From contig OZ076409.1 in NCBI GenBank assembly GCA_964187785.1, forward strand, positions 39,620,001 to 39,684,000: a DNA stretch of 64,000 nt, in the 5' to 3' direction. The notes below the pieces were generated by a model that saw only the letters and a program-made list of their open reading frames with translations, searched no databases and was not told the DNA's origin. A program made the position numbers and the translations under genes. This document shows positions 50,451 to 64,000 of the stretch, piece by piece; positions within the stretch are counted from its first letter, which is position 1, and each line of letters starts with the position of its first letter. Source of the DNA: Amphiscolops sp. MND2022. Taxonomy: Eukaryota.

Positions 50451-51999
50451 GTTTTGTATGGTAATTCCAAAGAAAAACAAAAACGGAATAAGCAAAGAGC
50501 ACGAGAAAAACCCAAAAAAAATAGAAAACTGACAATCGAGTCAGAAATATTCTATCAGGCGAATACCAAAATCACAGCATTTTCGCATTGTATTGACCAA
50601 ATATTAACTTGTTTACTGTTTCCTTCAGAATATTGGGTCGATCTTGGAAAACGTTATGTAGGACCGAGAAGAGTCTATCGACTTCCACCTAAGTGCAAGG
50701 AGCGAAAAGACGCAATGAAAAACATTTATGACAAGGTCCTGGTATTTTTCGGGGAGAACCTTTGTGCGGCAGCTGAGTTTTTGTTTGAGATGGTTGCAAG
50801 AGAATTTCGCAAATCTGTCCCATCTAGACAGCACGGGCAGAAGGAAGGGGAGTTTCAATCATTCACCCTTACCGGGTTTTATACGAACATTTTTTTCACA
50901 TGTTGTCCTAGAGAATTCATGTCAGTGTATTTGTCGAAAATTTTAGAGTAGCATAAAATGTTTTTTTTTCATTTTTGAATAAACACCTTACAGAGTGTTT
51001 ATATATAATGCACCGTCAGTTAAGAACATGCAGAAGTGCTGAATGTGGCTCACCGAGTTGACATGGTCAAGGCATTCACAACCAATTCTTTAACCATTTG
51101 CTGACTGGGTGTCGATTCCAAAGTTTCGACATGTTTCAATAAGATTTACCGGCATAACAGTCATCAACAATCACAAATATTTCACTGAATTTTTTTGCAT
51201 TTAGCCGGTCGAGCTAATCATGGTAGTTGGACTCCACATACGTGGTAGCTAAAGTTGAATCACATGGCAAAGCTCGTCCAAACCCAACTGCAAGGAAAAC
51301 GAAGGAATTTTTGCCGGAGTGCTTTCAAGAGTATTTCGGTTTCTATCCAGTATTGTAAGCAGTTGTAAGTTGCAATTGCAGTGTTGTGAAATGTGATTAC
51401 AGTGTGTTACATCTAAACGCAAAACTGCAATGATTGCAGAAAACTTCCAGTCCTCAAAGATTTTCAAAGACCTGCTCTCTAAAGAGCACGCGAAGCTTTG
51501 GAGCTGATGATCGGTGTGATAATGATCTTAACTGACGCAAAGCAATGACTGCAATTGAAATATTTTTGAAAGAAATTGCAACTAAAAACTAAGCGTTGTT
51601 CTAATATTTCTGAGAAATGTGTATTCTGAATGGTGTGACTTGTGATGACGTATTTCTGAAACGCTATATTAGTAATAAAGCATTTCTGAGAAACATGCTA
51701 GTATTATATTAGTCTAATTAGGCGGGAATGGTCAAAAATATGTGGTTTAAGCTCCCGCCTATAATTAGTCTTCCTACTGATCAGCCATTGATATTTGAGA
51801 ATCACCACTTGTCGCGCTCTTTTGGAACACCACTGTAGTTTTTATGTCCTTATATTCACTAAAATAGAATGCGATAGTATTCGATCTAACCATTTGGAGC
51901 TTTGGGCAGAAAAATGCAACAATAGCTATTCCAGTTTTTATATAAACACCTTTTTGACACTTTTCTGGCAATGATTTTTGAAATAGCGTATTAAACGAT

Positions 52000-52405
52000 A
52001 AATAAGAGGGAACGTCTAAAATCGGCGCTATAGCTGAGGCTCAAACAGCGCAAGGTTTTTAAAATTGTAAAAGGGGACCCTTTGAAAATCCAGTTTGCTG
52101 CAAAATATCAAATAACTTGAATGGGGGACCCTTTGGAGACAAAAAATTCTAAAGTCGCACAACGCCGAAAAAAATTCAAAGGGGGACCCTATAATCTCGT
52201 CCGGATTTGTATATTACGTTGAAAAGGGAGTAAATGAAAGGGGGACCCTTTGCGCTAACTTAGATGCGTTTCCGTTTGCCGGTCCAGTAGTTTAGAAGTT
52301 CTGTAAAAAGTGTCCACTACGCATTCATTCTGTTATCTGATGGAAAAGAACGTTCCACTGTAACGGTCGAGCTTTTTTACCTAAAAGGAAAATGCGCCGA
52401 CTAAA
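52000..52405 (-). repeat. Inverted copy of the same interspersed repeat
   Basis: aataagagggaacgtctaaaatcggcgctatag ... ggggaccc repeats ... gaaaatgcgccgact. Confidence 0.75.
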
Positions 52406-54519
52406 AATGAGGTTCGTCCAATGTGACATTATTTCTGATTCATTTGTCTTGCTTATTTCCAAGTTGAGATTTATTGATACTGGTTTCTGGCGTAATTTTT
52501 AATATTGCCCCTTCTTTTGTTATACCGAGCTGTTTGTCACCTATTTCTTGATCCAGGCGCTATACCAGCAAATACCTATCGCAATAAAATGGTGTCTTAT
52601 GAGTTGACATTTCGTAATTCACTACACTTGCTCAATGTCGAAAATATGTCTAAAACTTAGTTGTCAATTTATTTCGTGGGATGAAAAAATTATACAGAAA
52701 GCACTACCGAAAAACACGGGGACCATTTAGTCTCTCTTTTTTTGCGAACGAATTCTTTGGTTGTTTCATTGTTCGACGCAACGGTAGAACGCAAATGAAT
52801 GTCAGTACAAATGGTATTGAAAAAGTTTACCAGTCTGTACTTCCTGTAAAAACAGACACATAAAATAATTTTAGTATTTCATAAAATGAAAAACGAATAT
52901 CAAAGTGGTTTTCTTCAATCACGTCGAAGTGACCAAATACGATCTACGGCGATCTACAATACGCCTAAAATCTAAAGAGGGTCAACCTGTTTCAACGGGT
53001 CCTTCTTTTCATTTTTTGACATTTTTAGTTGCATTAGAAATTTGTGTGTGGCACTGCGACATTTTCTTATTGTTTAATTTCACAAGGTGTTGTAGCTTTG
53101 GTTCTTTTGATGTTTTTAGTTGGAAAATTTTTGAAACCCAAAAGGTCCTCTCTTCTAATCATAACTGTTCTTCAAAAGCAGTTCCTAAGCGACTTGAAGT
53201 ACAGTCCTGTGATGAAAGAATGGAACCCCTAATTGGTAATAATGTTTGGAACACTTCATTTCTCTGCTACAAGAATGTTTGAAACTTCTATGACAAATAT
53301 TGGGGAAATTAGCTCTCAATACCTCTCTATGTAAAATTTGGTTTCTCAACCAAGTTTTCAATTTTTGTCAAATTTACAAACAATTTTGATTAGTTTTTAT
53401 TTGTATACCAGTTCGTCGCTGTCTACTGATTGCACTGTCAAACTTTGAGGCACTTAGCATTTACATGAACTAAGAAAATCGTTATTCTCCACTGAATTAA
53501 TTCCGGTACATGTATAAAGATTGGGTATAGATTTGAGACTTATAGATATGTGATTATCTTTTTACATGTACACTCTAGGGAGCTAAAATTCCCAATTAAA
53601 GGAATGTAAACTAGACAAAAATCCAAGAATTTTTGTTTCTATCATATTTTGGAAAATTTGACGGTTTCTGAGAAATTTTGCAAACTCATTAGGCGTTCCA
53701 AACTTAATTACCAATCAGGTTCCATTCTCTCATCACAGGACTGTACTTATCGCTTTCCTGGCTTTGAGCAAGGCGCCGTTCCGACTACTTGTTGGTTCCC
53801 ATTGACTCTTTCTGATTTTTCAGATCGGCCTGTGGGAGCATTTCTATGAAAACAAGTTTCTTGGCAAATTATATTTATTTTGATTTCCTCCATTTATTAG
53901 GAAATTTTGAATTACCCACACGGATCTAAGACCAGGAACGGTCTAGACGATCTATTGAATCGAACAAATGAATACCTTTGAGTAAAAGAATATTTCGGAA
54001 GAAAATTTAAAAGCCGACATTTATAGAATGTGAGTTTTTCGAGTTCATTTAAAGAGCGGCGGGGGCGGCATCATCGACATCAATAAAACAGCGGATACAT
54101 CGAAGTGGCAATAGTATTGTTCAACAACACTTTCAGTTTTCATCATGATTTAAAGAATTTTCTGAATGAATAATAAACATTTTGGACACTCAGTAACAAA
54201 TGAAGTTTTATGAAGAACGTTATATGAAGGTAATCGTAACCATCAATTTAGTTGATGCACCATTCGAAAAAACCCAAATCCAAAAAGAACAGAAACAAAT
54301 AGAAATTCCACTTCTCCTCGCGGTGTGGCGCGAAAAATAGTTTTGAGCATTTTCTCATCCATAAGGACAGCTAAGTCACATCTCGGGTGGAAAATGATAA
54401 TTATGATAGATGGATAAATCCAGAATAGTTAATAGAAGTTTGGATAGGCTTGCTCGTTGGAACCATCGATGTCCCTTATTTACATTTTACGACTAACGAA
54501 TGCATTTCTGTCATCAATT

Positions 54520-57500
54520 TCAGGAGCGATAGTTGATATTTCGATTGTTTTGGTAGCTGTAGTGCGAGACGTTTGAGTTGACATTGTTATTGTTGTTATA
54601 ATGAGATGATCGAGGACGGAAATTTTGTTGGCGATTCTCGTACTCCGAAAAACTGTCTAGCATTGAAGTTTTGCTGTTATGGGCGAACATGAGTTTCAAC
54701 ATTTCCTTTCCTTGTTCGTAAGGCACTTCCTGCGAGTCACGACTTTGGGTGACAGGCTTTCCTTCGTTTGACTCGATGATAATATGTCGAAATGTTGCAT
54801 TGGGCACGTCTTTGATAAAAATCCATTTCACGTCGAAACGACCTTTCCATTTATCTTGTTGCCACACTCCGGCCTGAGTCGAATAGTCCAAAAATGTTTT
54901 CATCTCTGCCAAACCACAAAAGTGCCCGGACGCGTTAACACTGAAGAACAAATAAACGGGACCTTTGCCCTTCAGACTTTTGAATGCAGCATCCAACTTT
55001 TTGTTGCCATTTTCTGTTGAACACCACACGCTGTACTTGATGGATCGATGAATATCATCTTCTGAATAGGATTTGATAACAAAAAACTTGGCTTCACTGG
55101 GATTGCAGTTGAAGTTCCTCGGGTTGAAGTTGTGTTTCTCTGTCAACTTATCAATAATCGCTTTATCCCTGTCATTGTTCACTCCAGTCTGCTTCACAGA
55201 ACCCTCCTGGTAGTGCACATTAGCATCAGGGTTCTGGATGGTTCTGTTGCCGTATGCACTGCCTCGATAGCCCCCACTTCCTGGTCCGCCACCACTCTGT
55301 GGTCTATACTGGTTTCCGGCAACTGTGAAACCCCCCGTGTTTTGGTGCTGTGGGAAGAATGCTGAATTCAGCTGAACTTGGTTATCGTTGGTTACACTCC
55401 CTTGTCGGTAGTTCGTTCTTCCTGTCATGTTGGTAATGGAATTGTTGCCGAAACCATTATAGTTTTTCTGTTGCTGTGCCTGCTGGTGGTAACTGTGGTT
55501 ATTTTGCTGATGATACTGATAGGGTTTTTTTCGTTGTTCCGGGTTTGTTGGCACACCGCCCATGTTAACATTGGTTGCATCACCACCTGAAGAAACATTA
55601 TTAATCTGCCTCACAGTTGTATCGCGCAAAGAACTTTTCATCTGAGTGAATGTCGCACTGGTGTTTGACTCCCAAGACCCGTTTTCCAAGCCCGCTTCCA
55701 AGCTTGCACACTCATACTGATGCGCGGACATCAGTGGCACTTCATTTCGCTGATATGGAGGAACTGTGCCAACCAAATTTGCAGGACTGTCAAAGAAGTT
55801 GTCATTTTTGGATCCAAGTCTTTGACGACTTGCAACGTTTGCCCATGACTGAGACCCCGAAGATGATTTCGGAGAGGTGTTATGGTCAAAATTGTGGCCA
55901 ATTGACATTCGGTTAACATTGAAGTCAAGGTTGTTTTTTGACATTGCCTGGCTATCAATGCCTTTTCCTTCCAATTGATTAAGCACTGCCATACTGTTCA
56001 AATCGCCGATAAAACGTGTATCGTTTGCTTGCATAGAAAACTTCGGGTCCACATTTCTTGGAACAGGGGCCATGGTTGTAGCACTGCCGTCATTACTGCG
56101 TGGTTGAGCTAAGTTTAGTTGGTTGAAACCATTGGTAACACTTTTGATATCTCCACTGGTCACGGCTGTTTCTGGTGTGCTGATAGGCCCTGTGTTTCCA
56201 TTACCCACGGAAGCGAAATTGTTTGGAAAAGCGGGAATAAAGGAAGCTGCCGGTCCACTCAAGTAAGAATGGGGCACAGCTGTTGGGTTTCCATTCCACT
56301 CAACGGGTGGAAAGGTGAAGGCTGCGTGCGGGATATGCGTGGGGGCGGGTGAAAAGAAATTAGGTGTGAACGGGGTGCCAAGGATAGGCGACTGATTGTA
56401 GACGTCTATTCCGTAAGGAGAATGCTGAGAAGCGTCTGTGAAGTTCTGAAAAATTGGCTGCACTTGTCCGTTAGCAGTGGTACCCCCCGAGTGACTGCTC
56501 CAGAGGGGAGAGTTGGGTGGTATCCCTGTCGCAGCTTCCACTGTTGCCGTGTTCTGAGTCTGTTGCTGCAGAATTCCAGTTGGCATGGGACCCTGAGCCC
56601 AAAAAGGGAGACTGAAGTTGACAAATTGTTCTGAGGGAGGCACCGGCCCACTGTTCACAGCTGGGTGTTGAGCCCCCGCAGCGTTTGTTGAGGTCGATAA
56701 ACCCGAGGACACTCTGCTGTTTGGTTCAGTTTCATAGCTCTAAACACAAAGCCGCTGTGATATAGAAGTGATTAAATTGATGCTGTAGTCAATAAAACTA
56801 CCTGAATTTATTTCAAGAAATTGCGAATAAAATCTATGCACCAGACGCAACAGTTTGCGCATATCGTTAAAAGAAGCTTCGAGAAAAATATAGGAGACAC
56901 AAAATTTCACAAAAAAACCTAACAAATTCATTCTCCAACTGTGAATCATGACTGTGCATTGTTCTAAGGTACTGCATCGATATATAGCCACAAAAATGAA
57001 ATTACTGGATCAAGCATCCAAAAATCGGCGGGGTCTTTTCTTTGTCAAATTTTTCTTTGACATTCTTTGTCAAATTCGTGAAAGGGAAATACATCAAGAG
57101 GGTTTAACTTGCATGCTTCAAACCAAGAGCAACTTATACTTGCACATTACAGGCGAGAAATCCCAAAACTCGAACTATTTCGAACTCAAGGCAACCAAAA
57201 TGTTTTATAGTCTTGAACCTTCCCGGAACGTGTATTCTACCTTCTCTAGGAGTAAACTATTTGGGTTTTACGTTGGGTCGGTCGAGACATGTCTTTGAAA
57301 TCATGCTATTTTCCCGAACTTTTGCCTAAAAAGGATAACCTAAACTAAGCGGAGCGTCTCAAGTAGAAGAGCATTGAAGAGCACAAAACGACGCTCAGTG
57401 TGATACTGAAGAAAAACTACTCACTGTAATGGACGGGCACTTTTTGTCACGAGGAGCGCCCATGAGAAATAGAAAGTTTACCAAAAAAAGTTACACAGCG

Positions 57501-58275
57501 TCGAAAAAACCCAACGGGGGCCAATTCGGAGAAAAACTGTAAATTAGTCCACTTGTCACTCTTCTATCCACTTTCAAGAATTTCTCGAAGTTAAAACGAA
57601 CTATCAAAAATCGGCTGTTCTCGAATCGATCTAAACGTAATGGGCAATAAATGGAGATTCAAATTTAAAAAAGGGAAACTATTTCAAGTGAAGAGCTTCG
57701 GAAAAGTATCAATATTCCAGATGCCTTCATTGCAAAGTTTCGGACCATCATTTTTAGTAATAAAATATTCCAAGTATAATCATCAAGAAAAAATGGTCAA
57801 AAAACAGAAAAATAACTATTTTCAGCTTTTCGTCACGTTGATGTTGGAAAATAACAAAAACGTAGCCTGCTAGATCTAATGCTACTTACGGAAACTTCCT
57901 GCTCAGTTGTAAAGAAGGATTTCAAAGTCGACATACTCGCTTACTTTTCGATCAAGTGCTTATTTGTACTAAACTCACATGGACGTTAGAAGGGCTATTT
58001 ATAGTGCCACTGGCACCACCACTTTCAACAGCGGAGGTCGAAGAGGTTTCTCGATGATGTTGTAGAGATTGGGGCACGACACTTGTGTTAGTGGCATCGG
58101 GGACGGTCGAAGGGAAATCAGGTTGAGCTTGTTGTTGAACGCCACCGATACTTACTCCTGTGTTGTTATTTCCTCCTGTACCCCCCGTCGCCACCGCCTC
58201 TGAAGCATCCTCCATGCCCGTGTTAGACTGGCCAGCTCCTCGCACTGCAAGCAGGTTATCAACACTTGCTGCCAT
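54520..58275 (-). CDS. YTHDF: YTH domain family (YTHDF-type) m6A reader, 2 coding exons, ~838 aa
   Basis: Exons 58275-57979 (donor gtgagt) and 56739-54520 (acceptor tttag), phase 0. YTH domain KFFVIKSYSEDDIHRSIKYSVWCST..VYLFFSVNASGHFCG..W..DKW..VTQSRDSQEV after a P/Q/N-rich region. Confidence 0.95.
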
Positions 58276-60581
58276 TCTCAAGCCTGAAGACACCAAAAAG
58301 GTAAACAATGGTAAACACATCATCATTATTTTTACAATTATTAACCCAACACATTCTCATTCCTTCTGTAATTGACGTCACCGCTCACAAGCCACAAGGG
58401 TTGTTATTACTCTAATTGTTTCTCCAGCTCCTATTAACCAACGAAGTAAGACAAGATGACGTCAGACAATCAGAGTCCTAACTTGCAAATTTAAATACCA
58501 AAACACGAGGGAAAAGAAGCAAGTACACGGTAGTTTTTATCAATTTAAATGTGCACCATTTTGACTCAGCCGTTGCTATTGAAGATTACATGAAACAATT
58601 TCGTTAAGCAATTGACCGTGGGAGTGTCACCAGGAACAGAGACGCATTAAAATAGGGGAAAAAGATGAACTTATTTGACACCCAAAAGTTTTTCAGGGGA
58701 ACATTAATCTACCTTAAGGCACGTGGAGCATAGCTGAAAGGAAAAACCTATGGAAGAAATATCATATCGATTTCAGGAAGACGTCGTAGAAGTTAGTTCT
58801 TAATTCCTATAGCTTTCGCCCAAAACAACGGGAATAATTCTGAATTGGAACGGATCAACTAAACACGTTCGCTTGGAAAAATTATTAGGAAAAATCTCGA
58901 CATTATAAACGCTCGCTATCGAATTTATACTGAAATCAATTATCAGCTTTTCGGTCTAGAAACTAGCTGTGTTGGATAATACTTTGCATGTCTGTGGAAT
59001 TGTCAAAAAGTCTAGATAATTCGCGCCAATATTAAAATCGCATTATCATAAAAATAAGTGCCGCATTCGTTCTTCGAAATCAACCTACTGTCAACGATTT
59101 TGGCCTGAATTACCATTTCCCCTCAAAATTGAAACCAACTAGTTTTTTTTCGGTAAATTGGAATTCAGCCGCAAATGCATACACAGCAACAATCACAGCC
59201 GCTTCCACTTTTCAGTGCACAGAAAATGACACCAAATTATTACGTAATATCCAACTGAAAACACTTAGCTGCGTGATCTATCCATTTTGCGTTGATCTAT
59301 CCATTTAGCAAGGAAGGCGAGTTCTTTGTTCACAAAACTACGAAAACTCGAGACGAAGCAAAACTCGACATTGAATCAAACGGATTTTGGGATTTTCGTT
59401 CTTGGCGTCAAAAACAGAAACACGCTTGCCGAGACGTGTTTTAAAAATATCAACTAAGCTAACGAATTTCATAAAACTCGGAAGAAATACGAGTCTAGAA
59501 TCGTTGGAGATCAGTTCCAACTATTACGTCTTCGTATGTCCAAGTGGGGCTGTACTATAAGCCAATAAAGTAATAACCCGACTTGCAGTGAGAATCGACG
59601 AAAAAGGTACAAAAAATTTTCCAGAGATGAGCTACAAAATTACTGAGATTCGTTTTGCACTTCTCACGTTCCCTGTCTAAGAGGCTGGATCGACACAGAG
59701 CCAACGAGTCATTGAAGTCATAGTACACGAATAAGGAAAGTCTTGAGCATGACAAACCTTGGGGTGCAACAGCATATAATCAAAACAGTCTTTACATCAA
59801 AAGAATTGTGGTACGATGACATAATAAATAAAAATTTCTCTAATGTTTCCCTGTGATATTTTAGGAACCGTTACTGACACTGCAAGGAAGCTCTTTTGAG
59901 ATTTTTCCAATACACCTGTTGAATTACAACACCATCGACATATCTTTAGTTTCATATGAGAAATTCGAAGTTTAAACTGGTTTGATTTTCAAACCACTCG
60001 TGAAACAAAAACATGAAGTTGATTAATCTAAATTCAGCTTTCTGTAAAGAATACGAGGGGTAACTCCATCTAATCATCACACAGGACATAATCGTCAGCG
60101 ATAAATTTTATTACAAAAACAGACTCTTTAGAGATGACCAGGGTTGAAACTATACATTTATTCATCCCTCCTCTCCCGGCACCAATTATAACTAAGATAC
60201 TAGTTATATACTCTGGTTCTTCGCATAAACAATATTGCACTTTGTTACTAGAATTTTACTGCATAGAACGGAAAGTGGATCAATGGTGAGACCACTCAAC
60301 GTAAATGCTCAAAACATTGCACAAAAATTTGGCCATTAAATGGGAACTTGATTATGAATTTTGTGAAACTGCTAAAATCACATGGATGGACATGAATTCA
60401 TAGAATGCAGCACCTTGTTTTTCAGAACAATTCAAAAATTTTCAAAGGAAGTTTCCAAAAATTGAAGTTATACTGGAGATGTAGTGCTTAATCAAATAAT
60501 GAATAAAAGAACATTAAATGTCCTGAAAGTTACATGCTAAGTGCTCTACTGACTAAATAGACTAAAACTACTAGAAAAAAT

Positions 60582-61433
60582 TCAGCCTTTCTTTTCCAAA
60601 TCGACAGAATTCATCGAAACTTTATTGTACCCTGGCTGAAGCTTCGAATAACCTTTGACGTTGCGCACGGGCGTTTGGCTGCCATAAGACATGTCTGCCG
60701 TTTCCATGTTCTCGAAATTGAGTTTGTCATAGCCATCCTGTCTGAATGAAGATGAGCAACTAGGCCCTCCTTCTGCATACGGCGGAGGATGTCGAGTATA
60801 ACTAGCTATTTGAGAGCTACCATCGACAGAGCAGGACTCGTAAGCAGGGGGCTGGTCTTTATCATCAATGCATTCGTACAGAGATTCGCCATTTTCGTTC
60901 GAAGGAACTGTGTAAATATTGTTATTATGGGTGGTATTCGTATTCCGAAAACTTTCAGGGTCATGTTCCATATCTTCCAAATAAATTCGTCTCCGTTTTT
61001 CGCGTAGATATAGAAAAGTTGGAATAATGATACCCACCAATATCAATAACGATATCAAAATGGCGGCAACGATGAAAACGAAGCTCAGTACACTGCTGTT
61101 ATGGTAGTCCTTGTCATAGACACATCTGTCACCAATTTGCTTGTACCCTTCACAACAGACAGTGGCTTTCCTGGTAATCGGTCCATCAACTTTTTTGAGT
61201 TTCGTCGCGTACTTGTCTCGATATCGTGTGCAGCGGAAAAGTTCTTTAGGATCAAAGCAAGGCTGTGAATACTTTTCTTTCATCAATACCTTCTCGGCAA
61301 CAATTTGAGTCGAATCATCCTGAATGTACCCTTCGCAAGTGTGATCACCGATAGGTGTTATATACTCCGCTGCAGTCTCAATCAATGTTGAGACTAATGA
61401 AAGTAAGAGAAAGAAAATTGCGCGATGAATCAT
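60582..61433 (-). CDS. Single-pass membrane protein: signal peptide, EMI-like domain, TM helix, tyrosine-motif-rich tail (283 aa, intronless)
   Basis: MIHRAIFFLLLSLVS; GDHTC..YSQPC..CTRYR..CCEGY..GDRC; hydrophobic helix VLSFVFIVAAILISLLILVGIIIPTFLYL followed by REKRRR; PPAY, PPPY, YECI, YDKL, YSKL. Confidence 0.8.
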   Translation of the reverse strand: MIHRAIFFLLLSLVSTLIETAAEYITPIGDHTCEGYIQDDSTQIVAEKVLMKEKYSQPCFDPKELFRCTRYRDKYATKLKKVDGPITRKATVCCEGYKQIGDRCVYDKDYHNSSVLSFVFIVAAILISLLILVGIIIPTFLYLREKRRRIYLEDMEHDPESFRNTNTTHNNNIYTVPSNENGESLYECIDDKDQPPAYESCSVDGSSQIASYTRHPPPYAEGGPSCSSSFRQDGYDKLNFENMETADMSYGSQTPVRNVKGYSKLQPGYNKVSMNSVDLEKKG

Positions 61434-61959
61434 TTTGAATTTTACATCAAAATTTGCCACACAACTTCAAACATGATGTTCCTAAAAAGAAATACCAATG
61501 GATTGCGATCAAAACGGAAAAAAATCCCCGAATCCCAAGTCTCAAAACTTCTCTCAGCCGCAACAATATAGTTTAGGTGACGCCGTAGTCTAATTGATCA
61601 GCAAAACGAAAAGTATTCAGGTATGTCAGACAAAAGTAAAACAACACTAAAAGACACCCTATCCCTCTATCAGTAAGGACACTAAAGACGTACAGGTCTT
61701 GCTGACTCCTAGCAGAAAACAAATATCTAATTAGTTTCATATCAGAACTACAAAATGCAAGAAGTGGATGAGAAACAACGATCACGAAGTTTTTTATTGC
61801 TCCGTGTGGAGCGTGCTCTACTGTCCATTGAAAAAATTGGAAGATTCATATGATTCTGATTTGATGTTGGGGATTTTCGACAGCGTCGAAGTAATTCTTT
61901 CCCACTATTGAAATCGAATTTCTTACTCGTATTTACAATACATGTTGGGATCATGCAGT

Positions 61960-62080
61960 AAGGCCCTGGTCTCTGTCAGGAATAGTGTTCACCAGGAAAC
62001 CCAACAAAAACAGGTATGACGACTGCTCCAGCTATAGACTGTTATCCATTGCTAGTCATATTGGCAAGCTTTTTGAGCGT
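61960..62080 (+). mobile_element. Short non-LTR (LINE) ORF2 fragment
   Basis: VFTRKPNKNRYDDCSSYRLLSIASHIGKLFER matches the KP.K....SYRPISL.S..GK..ER motif before the RT core. Confidence 0.75.
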
Positions 62081-64000
62081 TTTTTCCCTCTATCAGATAT
62101 CATGGATCTTCGTCATCAATCGAGTGCCATGTGTATCATGTTGGGGGAAGACACACACCCGTGGTCTGCAACTAACGTAGGGAACCCCACACTAGCCACT
62201 ATCCCAGTAACAAAAATACCAACCAACAAACTACTCATACCAGCCACTATCCCAGTCGACTGGTAGAAGAAGAAATCAATTAACCTTCGGGATGTGGCAG
62301 TACAAATGAATCCAGAACAAAGTGAATAGTACAAGACGCCCGCTAAGCACCGGGATATTTTCCCTCCCTTTTCGCCTTCACCAACTGAGCCATAGCTGTT
62401 TTGGGAGGGGGAATAGGGTCTAAAGAATTAGATTTTACCTTTAGTGATTTTAGATCTTATTCCCGTCCTGAAATTTTAGATCTTATTCTCCTTAGATCTT
62501 ATTCCCATTTTTACTTTAGATACTATTCCCTACTCTCAGTAGGGAACTGCAACTGACCAGCTGTCCTTGACTATTTAGTTACTTGGCAGTAATTTGGCAG
62601 AATTTGAAAAAAACGCAACACAGATGATGATTTTCCTCCCCCATTTTAAAATGAGAGGTCGGAAAATAATAAATAGAATTTGACACAGAAGAAAGGCAGG
62701 TGAGGATTGCAGGGTTATAAGAATTTATCGATGCTTGCAATAAAGGGGTGGCTGTAAATAGGTCGAATTTTTCTGGTCGAAAGGAGAGGTCGAACCTTTT
62801 AATCGAATTGCAGGGATCGAATGGAATGCGGTCGAATTTAATCGTATTTGTTGTATGGCTCGGTCGCTTCGCTCCCTTCGCCAAGTAGCAACATTGAGGC
62901 ATGGCAATATGGCACGTCGCTCCGCTCCGCTTCGCTCCTGCATTCAGGGCACTAGGGGTATGTGAACATATCTGACTACGTTATAAAAATTTCGATCCGA
63001 GTTGTTTCGATCTCATTCAAAAATTAGGTATGTCGACCTGAGGACTAACTCTGATTTTCGATCCCGTTCCTTCGAACGGTGGGGTATTTTTGGATCAAAT
63101 TTTTGTGTGAGCGAAAAGCGAGATCGAAGGTTTTGAGATCGATTTTTTCCGGTTTTGCTAGGTTTTTGCTCCTGTAAAGTGTTTAAAAGCGTTTAAAATT
63201 ATTTAGGTAGTTTTCCCCACCTAATATGGGATCATATACGGTGTATGCACGCTCGCCCTCACCGTCGCAAAGACCAGCTCCCACTACGATCGCTTCGCGA
63301 TCTCCGTTCCCGCTAGGTCTTTGCTCCTGTTCGACCTCGCTTAGCAAGATGGGAACATAAGCGGCCCCGAGGGGCCGCGGGGCATTAGAGGAAATGGGGG
63401 GCATATCCGACGGCCAAAAACATTGTTATTTGAAAACGCTAGGTATTTGAAAACATGGATTCGATCTCATTTTCTTTGACCATTTTACTTCGATCCCAGT
63501 GACAGATTGCATTTTCGCGCAAATTCATTCGATCCAAACGCCCACCGCCCCTTCGAACTATTTCCGCCCACCCGCAATAAAGCCAGCCAACGCGTTTATA
63601 GCATGCTTGTTTTCCCAATTTAGCAAACCAACTAGCGTTTCGTTAATGTTTTGATTTTGAAGCTCCTTAATGAAACTCCTTCGGTTCTTGGCATGAGACA
63701 CAGGAAAATAAGAAATGTGCAGTATCATCGACAACTCTACAATAAGGACAAATATCGGTTTTGCTCTTTTTACTTCTGAATAATACTTCGCGTACTTCAA
63801 AGTCATTCATTAGAACACGTTGCGTTTTGACAGAAACTTTCCTAGGTTATGGTGCAAGCATTTTCATGATGCTGTTTCTTACTTTAGGCCCTGAGGAATT
63901 TGAGTACATTAGAGCTTGCTTTATTTCTCTTTGCGATAAGTGCCTGCAATACTCATCCACCTCCTTCCTAAAAGTACTGACTGAGGATTGTCTAGCATAT

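Noticed and set aside
62380..63560. Short tagatcttattc and cgatc subrepeats suggesting DNA-transposon ends
   Set aside because: TIRs and a TSD could not be defined.

Overview
AT-rich eukaryotic (most likely invertebrate animal) genomic DNA; no prokaryotic features. 1-28.6 kb is a nest of Ty3/Gypsy (Mag-like) LTR-retrotransposon fragments, MITEs and arrays of a 199-bp repeat. Hidden in it, and missed by the ORF track, is a 7-exon minus-strand gene (6152->1875) encoding C2H2 zinc fingers fused to a KDM2/KDM7(PHF8)-type JmjC demethylase domain. Its HxD...H triad is intact, but there is a 1-bp frameshift just upstream of it. The nest ends at 28574 in a CACTA/CMC-like terminal inverted repeat that cuts an LTR, so the whole left half may be one giant CACTA-like element carrying the demethylase (inference). 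28575-43395 is a ~14.8-kb Gypsy element on the minus strand. Besides gag-pol it carries an antisense, intron-containing gene derived from an apparently catalytically dead hAT transposase, and a second extra ORF running into the 3' LTR. 43.4-54 kb is decayed repeat DNA. The right end holds two host genes: a YTHDF m6A reader and a single-pass EMI-domain receptor-like protein. All protein family calls are by eye from remembered motifs; no searches were run.
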